Shown piece after piece: positions 63,473-64,000 of a stretch of 64,000 nt of DNA (its first letter is position 1; every line of letters begins with the position of its first letter). The position numbers were made by a program, and so were the translations under genes. This stretch comes from Eledone cirrhosa. Lineage: Eukaryota. The stretch covers positions 85,436,001 to 85,500,000 of the forward strand of contig OZ024746.1 in NCBI GenBank assembly GCA_964016885.1, written 5' to 3'. The notes under the pieces are model-generated. The model saw only the letters and a program-made list of their open reading frames with translations, had not been told where the DNA came from and ran no database searches.

Positions 63473-63582
63473 ACGCAATAAATATTTTTCATATGTAAAA
63501 AAAACTTCCTTGTTTTTTTCTCTTATATGTCTACATGTATATATATATATATATATATACATATATATGTATGTATGTATGT

Positions 63583-63830
63583 TTCCTTGAGCAAGACACT
63601 TTATTTCACATTGCTCCAGTTTACTCAGCTGTAGAAATGAGATGATAGGGACTGAGGTCCCTATCATTCCACTGTAAAGTGGACGTGTAGGCGCCACAGC
63701 AAAAAAGCAACCAGCACTCACTGTAAATGAGGTTGGTGTTAGGAAGGGCATCCAGCTGTAGAAATCAAGCCAGAATCAGTTCCCTTCCAACTCTTGCAAG
63801 CAGGGAAATAGTGGATGTAAAATGAAATGA
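63583..63830 (+). mobile_element. SINE fragment (CCTTGAGCAAGACAC...AGGAAGGGCATCCAGCTG family)
   Basis: Core related to the element at 1-300. Confidence 0.6.
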
Positions 63831-64000
63831 TGTTTAAGCAAAGAATTGCTGCTTTCACCCTTAACGGGATTTTCTGAAACTAACAAAGTCAATCTGTGAA
63901 CATTAAGGAGGAAAGCAGCGATTCTTTGCTTAAACTTTAATCTGTTATTTTAATAAATATTTGCTCTACGGTTCTTATATATTTGATATATATTTATCCT

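Overview
AT-rich, repeat-rich eukaryotic DNA. The SINEs, microsatellites and intron style suggest an octopus or other cephalopod (inference). The window is dominated by translation-related loci. (i) A ~17-kb cluster holds 16 full-length tRNA-Phe(GAA) genes and 5 pseudogenes (14.6-31.7 kb), with a shared upstream motif and a 12-nt 3' trailer. (ii) The 60S acidic ribosomal protein P2 gene (RPLP2, 4 exons, TCT/5'TOP start) has a 5-kb first intron carrying five H/ACA-like and two C/D-like snoRNA candidates. (iii) An uninterrupted rosa/DD41D-type transposase ORF has no visible TIRs and sits behind a splice acceptor, so it is a domestication candidate. (iv) A putative non-coding UHG/SNHG1-like host gene (from ~50.2 kb) holds six copies of snoRNA U31/SNORD31. 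The rest is SINEs, RTE and CRE LINE fragments, Helitron, mariner, hAT and piggyBac-type MITE relics, two homogeneous tandem arrays (18x141 bp, 12x52 bp), two long palindromes, a hammerhead-like motif and one possible orphan intronless gene. Most ORFs in the supplied track are microsatellite or repeat artefacts.
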